Part shown: positions 59,394 to 64,000 of the stretch, one piece after another | Layout of the letters: each line of letters starts with the position of its first letter | Numbering within the stretch: position 1 is the first letter of the stretch | Assembly (NCBI GenBank): GCA_964016885.1 | Contig: OZ024746.1 | Coordinates: 18,228,001 to 18,292,000 of the forward strand | Reading direction: 5' to 3' | DNA length: 64,000 nt | From: Eledone cirrhosa | Lineage: Eukaryota | The notes under the pieces: generated by a model | Databases searched by the model: none | Seen by the model: the letters and a program-made list of their open reading frames with translations, nothing else | Told to the model about the DNA's origin: nothing | Position numbers and translations under genes: made by a program

Positions 59394-61292
59394 GAGATAG
59401 AAACTGAGTATAAGAGGAATCAGAAGTAGTGTGCAAGAGAGAAGATTGCGTTGGTATGGGTATGTGATATGCATGGATGGTGATCACTGGGTGAAGAAGA
59501 GTCAATAAACCCCAATGGAAGGAAGCCGCAGTAGAGAAAGGTCAAGGAAGACCTGGGCAGAGGTAGTGAGAGCTGAACTCAAATTGCTGAAACTTACAGT
59601 GGAGATGGCAAAGGATTACAATAAGTGAAGAGATGTTGTCCTGAAAATGACCCATCCAACCCATGCAAGCATGGAAAAACAGACATAAAAACAATGATGA
59701 TGATATAGATTTTTTCTCACGCCTATCTATAACACACTCCTTTGATTCTTGTTAGTGCCGTTCACTAATTGGGTTATATGATCTCAGTCATTCTTTGGGA
59801 GGAATGCATCTTCCAACATAGGTTAATGATGGATGATTTCATAGTACACACTAGACATACACAGAAACCTATGACAGAGGCATAGGACTCCTGCATGGCC
59901 TTTTCCTGTAACACACAAAAGAGTAAAGAGTCTAGTGGAGAAGATAGATATGGAAGCTGTTGACAATGTTGAAGGCCATCTTGAAATCAATGAAGTTGAC
60001 CTCAAGTAGCTGCTGTAACTTATGGCTAGCCCACAACATCGGAAATGAGATCAGTATGAGTACTAGGTAGCGTAGATCTTGCAAGACGTCCATGCCTATT
60101 GCAGGTTAAATGTTGACTCTGGTAGTTGGAGGGATCTGTTTGAATCTAAAGGAAATAGAGATGGTAAGAATTGTATAGACCTACACAACTAAGGCTCTGA
60201 AACAGGCAGAACTTTTCATTAGCTTCCTTGAAATGGTTAAAAAGAACTTTCAAGCTTCAAAGAGAGTGTATTGTTGTGAGGAAAAATGGACTCATTTCCA
60301 AATTTCCAACAAGTCATCTCATCAAGTGTCAACGAGGTACTTGGATGAAGGAGAGCCATCAGGGAGCAATGGATTTCTGCAGCCTTGTAGAGTCTGATTG
60401 ACAGGAGGGTGGAAAAAGCATAAAGAGGGATCAAACAAAGTTACGTTGGCACAGGGAGACAACAAAACAAGGAATATAAACACCTCAATATGTGTGTGTA
60501 GAAAGGAGTTGTGGGAGGGATAAAAGGATATATCTTGAGGGGAAAGGAAACGAGGTTGTGGAAGAAGCTACAGTGAGTGATGGCACTAGAGGTCTGTTGA
60601 GAAATGTGAAGGAGCTGACAGGAGTAATGAGTGGTTTGTGTGTGCCAATTAAGAGTAAGGATGGTCTGGTTGGACATTGGTAACAAGTGAGAAATAATCA
60701 GACAAGTGGGTGGTGGAACATTTCCAGGAAGTGCTCAATTGATCAAACTCAGTTGATCTCTTCAACTTCAACCAGGAGAGATCTTTTGTAGACTACCTGC
60801 AGGTGTCAGACGAAGACATCTCAAGTTGCCAAAGCTATTATTTCTTGCTTAAAGAACAACAAGGCCCCAGGGGCTAGACAAGATAACTGCAGAATTATAG
60901 TTATCCATACATCATATTAATGTCATAATAAAAAACATGATGGTATTTCATTAACAGATAAACAATTTCATATAACTGTTGTTGTTGGGGTTTTTTTTAA
61001 AAATAATTTGCTGAAATATTGAAAGAAAAAAGTAACAGAAAAACAGAAACATAAGAATCATATAGATATAAAATTTATTGAACAAATTGTATAATACTAA
61101 CCTGGAGTCAGTAGTTTGGCGTCAATGGCTTTTCCTACATCAATTATTGTTTCTAATTCAAGGAAACTCAGCATATGTGACCAAAATGCTGATTTACCCT
61201 ACAACAAAACAAATAATTACAGGTTGATATAATGTTTGTTCATTAATCTATATTCTTTAACACTAAATCATCTAAAATTTATATATGTATAT

Positions 61293-61331
<39 letters not shown>

Positions 61332-63909
61332 GATATATATATATATAAGGTAGGTATATATATAAGGTAAATGAGGCAGTTAAGGCCAAGAGACAGGCAT
61401 GGAAAGAATGGAAGAACAGGGGAAGCAGGGTACATTACATAGAGACCAGGAGGGAAGCGGAGGATAAAAAAATTCGAGCATGTTTTGCAACACGAGGACC
61501 AGAAACAGGAGATGTTCAAGATTGCAAGGCAGTGTGTCAGAGAGAATTGTAATGTCATTGGAGAGAAGTGTATCTGGAATAATAAAGGTGAGCTTGCCCT
61601 CACAAGTGCTGAGAAGATGCGTGGCAGAGCTATTATGAAAGATTACTAAATGAGGAGAATGCATGGGAAGAAGAGACCCTACCCCAAGTAGACCCTATAA
61701 AGGGGCCAACAGTACAAGTCAGCAGCAGCGTAGTAAGTAAGGCAATCAAGGATATGAAGATGGGGAAGGCAACTGGGTCGGTAGGTCACACCATAACCAC
61801 ACGTATTGTTAACCAGGTAATACTAGAAGGTGTCATACCAAAGGATTGGTGCAGCAGCATCATTGTCAACTGCTACAAGGGTAAAGGTGATGCACTAGAT
61901 AGAGGAAACTATAGAGGTATAAAGCTGATGGACCAGGTCATGAAAGTAACAGAAAGAGTTAAAGCACAGTGGATTAGGGACCGGGTGAAACTAGATGAGA
62001 TGCAATTTGGGTTTGTGCCAGGAAGAGGCACCACTGATGCCCTCTTCCTTGTGAGGCTACAGGAAAGGTACCTAGCTAAAAGCCGCTCTACCTGGCATTC
62101 GTTGATCTCGAGAAAGCCTTTGACAGAGTTCTCCGTGCTATAATCTGGTGGGCTCTTAGAAAACTAGGAGTAGATGAATGGCTTGTGAAAGCTATACAAG
62201 CCATGTATAGGGGAGCAGTCAGCAAAGTTAGGATTAGCAATACGTATAGCGACGAATTTAGCATAGAGGTCCGTGTCCACCAGGGCTCTGTTCTTAGCCC
62301 TCTCCTGTTCATCATAGTTCTGCAGGCAATAACGGAGGAGTTTAAGACCGGATGCCCATGGGAACTCCTGTAGGCAGATGACCTCGCACTTATAGCTGAA
62401 TCTATGGTAGAACTAGAGAAGAAATTCCAAACTTGGAAGCAGGGACTAGAAAAAAGGGTCTCAAAGTCAACCTGACAAAGACTAAGGTCCTTGTAAGTAG
62501 ACAAAAAAACAGAACACAGATCCCCTCAGGGGATCTGTGTTCAGTGTGTAGGAAAGGTGTAGGTAGGAACTCCATTCTCTGCCCAAAATACAAACAATGG
62601 GTACACAAGAGATGTAGTGGGATCTCAGGAGCTTAACTAAGAATGTAGGCTTCACATGCAGCAGCTGTGCTGGGACAACAAGCAGCAAACAACCACAGGA
62701 AACAAGTACCAACAAACTCTGGGAGGACTCTGTAGAAACAGTAGACAGCTTCTGCTACCTAGGTGACTGAATTAGCAGCGGAGGGGGGTGTTCGGAAAGT
62801 ACAATAACTAGGGTAAGAACGGGATGGAAGAAGTTCAGGAAGTTACTGCCACTGCTAGCTGCAAAAGGCTTCTCCCTCAAAATGAAAGGCAGACTGTATG
62901 ATGTGTGTATACGAACAGCAATATTACATGGTAGTGAGACCTGGGCACTGAAGGTGGAACACTTACGTAGATTAGAGAGAAACGAAGCCTGCATGCTCTG
63001 ATGGATGCATAATAGTAATATACGCGAACGGCAAAGCATAAACGAATTGAGAGAGGGACTGAGCATAAGAGGAATCAAATGCTGTGTGCAGGAGAGGCGG
63101 TTGCGTTGGTATGGACATGTGATGTGTATGAAGGATGACAGGTGCATAAAAAGGTGCAGAGCACTAGAAATTGATGGAAACCGCATTGATGAAGACCTGG
63201 AATGAGGTGATAAAAACCGACCTTACCCAATTACACCTCTCAAAGGCAACGACACACGACCGTGACCTCTGGCGTCACGCAGTAATACAGAGGACCCGGT
63301 CCCCAACGGGTACAAGCCAAAGCTGAAGCATATAGACAATATGCCCCCACTGCAAAATGGTCGTGGAGGTGCCACAGCAAAAAAGCACCCAGCCCACACT
63401 GTAAAGTGGACGTGTAGGTGCCACGGAAAAAAAGCACCCAGCACTTTTTTACCATGGCGCCTACACAACGACTTACAGTGTGGACTGGGTGCTTTTTGTC
63501 GTGACACCTACACGACCATGTTACAGCAGGAGGGGCGTGGGGGCATACTGTTTATATGCTTCAGCTTGTATATATACTATATATTATTTATTCTTTATCA
63601 ATAACATTAATACAAAAAATAATAATTATATTGGGGGGGGCTAAATTTTATATAGCTTAAGACCTCAGCAAACGAAAGTCCAACCCTGGTCAAAGGATGT
63701 GGTTGGGAGTATTGCATATATATATAATTGCAAAATAATAACTTTGGTCTGTTTACCTTCTTTTTCAGTAGGCCATGGCTCCAAATTCTCTCAAGAAGAT
63801 CACAGAGACTGGCAATTAAGGTATTTTCTTCAACTCCCGTGATATTCACCTCTCCATGTCCCAGTTCTACTGCTTCCTGGCCCATTTTTTCTACCAACAT
63901 TCGTTTTGT
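38727..63909 (-). CDS. DENND5: DENN domain-containing protein 5 (Rab6-interacting protein 1), 5'-partial; RUN1-PLAT-RUN2 half, 12 core exons
   Basis: Peptides recognisable from vertebrate DENND5A/B: [120 protein letters not shown]-terminal RGLDI*. All phases are consistent. Confidence 0.95.
38985..39215 (+). mobile_element. Family B SINE
   Basis: GTGGTTAAG..GGTTCGATTCC..TTGAGCAAAACACTT..GAAACCGGAGATAAGC. Confidence 0.8.
39404..39590 (-). CDS. DENND5: DENND5 exon (RUN2)
   Basis: tgacag|..|gtaaga; EKVKCCF...[17 protein letters not shown]. Confidence 0.93.
39920..40020 (-). mobile_element. Family A SINE, internally deleted
   Basis: Reverse complement of tail, core and B box. Confidence 0.75.
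40195..40321 (-). CDS. DENND5: DENND5 exon (RUN2)
   Basis: ttctag|..|gtaaga; [42 protein letters not shown]. Confidence 0.95.
40622..40704 (-). CDS. DENND5: DENND5 exon (RUN2 start)
   Basis: taccag|..|gtaagt; [27 protein letters not shown]. Confidence 0.93.
41405..41650 (-). mobile_element. Family C SINE
   Basis: Reverse complement of the 1075-1375 type. Confidence 0.75.
41681..41764 (-). CDS. DENND5: DENND5 exon (linker)
   Basis: caacag|..|gtgagt; [28 protein letters not shown]. Confidence 0.88.
41872..41966 (-). CDS. DENND5: DENND5 exon (PLAT end)
   Basis: ttatag|..|gtaga; [31 protein letters not shown]. Confidence 0.93.
42270..42455. repeat. Degenerate (TACAC/CA)n low-complexity tract
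   Basis: Directly visible. Confidence 0.8.
42502..42620 (-). CDS. DENND5: DENND5 exon (PLAT)
   Basis: ttttag|..|gtaaga; [39 protein letters not shown]. Confidence 0.95.
43654..43799 (-). CDS. DENND5: DENND5 exon (PLAT)
   Basis: tttcag|..|gtctgt; [34 protein letters not shown]... Confidence 0.93.
44154..44404 (-). CDS. DENND5: DENND5 exon (RUN1 end)
   Basis: ttatag|..|gtaagt; [18 protein letters not shown]...[11 protein letters not shown]. Confidence 0.96.
44670..44900 (-). mobile_element. Family B SINE variant
   Basis: actggagcaatgt..aagtgttttgctcaagaac..ccaggaattgaacc. Confidence 0.75.
45024..45150 (-). CDS. DENND5: DENND5 exon (RUN1 loop)
   Basis: caatag|..|gtaagt; phase 1 in, 2 out; [41 protein letters not shown]. 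Confidence 0.88.
45395..45900 (+). mobile_element. Decayed LINE C-terminal fragment with 3 x 51 bp tandem repeat (45413-45565)
   Basis: [17 protein letters not shown]-type unit x3, then [19 protein letters not shown]...[15 protein letters not shown]. Confidence 0.75.
46205..46460 (-). mobile_element. Family B SINE variant
   Basis: Same as 44670-44900. Confidence 0.75.
47150..48010. mobile_element. Two decayed LINE 3' fragments in opposite orientation
   Basis: Minus about 47150-47520 ([29 protein letters not shown]); plus about 47620-48010 ([25 protein letters not shown]). Confidence 0.65.
48530..48840 (-). mobile_element. Family C SINE, near full length
   Basis: Head, core and tail on the minus strand. 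Confidence 0.75.
51397..51459 (-). CDS. DENND5: Candidate DENND5 cassette exon, 63 nt, phase 1-1
   Basis: cttctttctttacatag|..|gtaaga; open frame [20 protein letters not shown]. Confidence 0.6.
51905..52085. repeat. Diverged direct repeat of about 180 bp, copy 1 (copy 2 at about 53673-53861)
   Basis: gtttttacatttgaaaag..tgaaatatactggata..aaacattactttgttt..tttctgaaac..cagtcattta. Confidence 0.85.
53988..54164 (-). mobile_element. Family A SINE with 18 bp TSD
   Basis: Very similar to 2648-2834; cagtgtatgtttaataat at 53970-53987 and 54165-54182. Confidence 0.88.
54823..54948 (-). CDS. DENND5: Candidate DENND5 cassette exon, 126 nt, phase 1-1
   Basis: cttcttcggatatcag|..|gtaagt; GC-richer than flanks; open frame [41 protein letters not shown]. 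Confidence 0.6.
55961..56145. repeat. Fold-back inverted repeat (58 bp outer stem plus perfect 18 bp inner stem)
   Basis: catgcacagagatgctataaaatagggtgaag.. / ..cttcaccctattttatagcatctctgtgcatg; atcaaaccccatattcct-tt-aggaatatggggtttgat. Confidence 0.92.
57040..57210. mobile_element. Mariner-type MITE, copy of 29699-29894
   Basis: Near-identical internal sequence and right TIR. Confidence 0.72.
57515..57810 (+). mobile_element. Family C SINE
   Basis: TTGGCAGAGTCGTTAGAAC head, core, and tail. Confidence 0.75.
58056..58121 (-). CDS. DENND5: Candidate DENND5 cassette exon, 66 nt, phase 1-1
   Basis: gtttttgtgctattcaag|..|gtaagt; open frame [22 protein letters not shown]. Confidence 0.5.
58850..59190 (-). 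mobile_element. Decayed RTE LINE fragment, same family as 61365-63310
   Basis: [48 protein letters not shown]. Confidence 0.7.
60050..60895 (+). mobile_element. Highly decayed LINE ORF2 fragment
   Basis: Ends [15 protein letters not shown], typical of the pre-RT region; many stops. Confidence 0.55.
61102..61198 (-). CDS. DENND5: DENND5 exon (RUN1)
   Basis: ttgtag|..|gttagt; [32 protein letters not shown], phase 1 out. Confidence 0.92.
61365..63310 (+). mobile_element. 5'-truncated RTE-clade LINE, RT pseudogene with zinc-finger insert; antisense in DENND5 intron
   Basis: [52 protein letters not shown] (YADD broken by TAG), [15 protein letters not shown]; several frameshifts. Confidence 0.93.
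63319..63570. repeat. Imperfect fold-back of two diverged repeat copies (arms about 120 bp)
   Basis: aagctgaagcatatagacaatatgccccca.. vs ..tgggggcatactgtttatatgcttcagctt; aaaaagcacccagcccacactgtaa vs ttacagtgtggactgggtgcttttt. Confidence 0.85.
63757..63909 (-). CDS. DENND5: DENND5 exon (RUN1 start)
   Basis: tgtcag|ACAAAACGAATG...AAG|gtaaac; [10 protein letters not shown]...WSHGLLKKK. Confidence 0.95.
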
Positions 63910-64000
63910 CTGACAAAAAAAGAGATAAGAAATGAAAAGATGAAAAACATAGAAATAAGAATAAATTTAAAACTATGAGGATAGGCTGACTATGAAGGAG

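Noticed and set aside
61754-63205. Functional reverse transcriptase gene
   Set aside because: The YADD tyrosine codon is TAG, there are several frameshifts, and the 5' part is missing.

Overview
AT-rich, intron- and repeat-dense animal genomic DNA; the repeat families suggest an octopus-like coleoid cephalopod (inference). Two multi-exon genes converge tail-to-tail and both lack their 5' ends in this window. (1) Plus strand, 860-36350: 35 exons, phase-consistent throughout (5666 nt, about 1888 codons), encoding a kielin/chordin-like (KCP / crossveinless-2 family) BMP modulator with 26 VWC repeats followed by VWD, C8 and TIL domains. (2) Minus strand, 63909-38727: 12 core exons encoding the C-terminal RUN-PLAT-RUN half of DENND5 (Rab6-interacting protein 1). 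Introns hold tRNA-derived SINEs, RTE/Rex3 and other LINE fragments, Helitron-like elements, hAT, mariner and piggyBac MITEs, and simple repeats. Most notable: a cluster of frame-preserving phase-1 cassette-exon candidates in the 16 kb DENND5 intron; a 189 bp near-perfect palindrome carrying a minimal hammerhead-ribozyme motif in each arm; replacement of the autocleavage motif GDPH by GNTH; and a half-VWC module with compensated cysteine loss. All calls were read by eye, with no database search.
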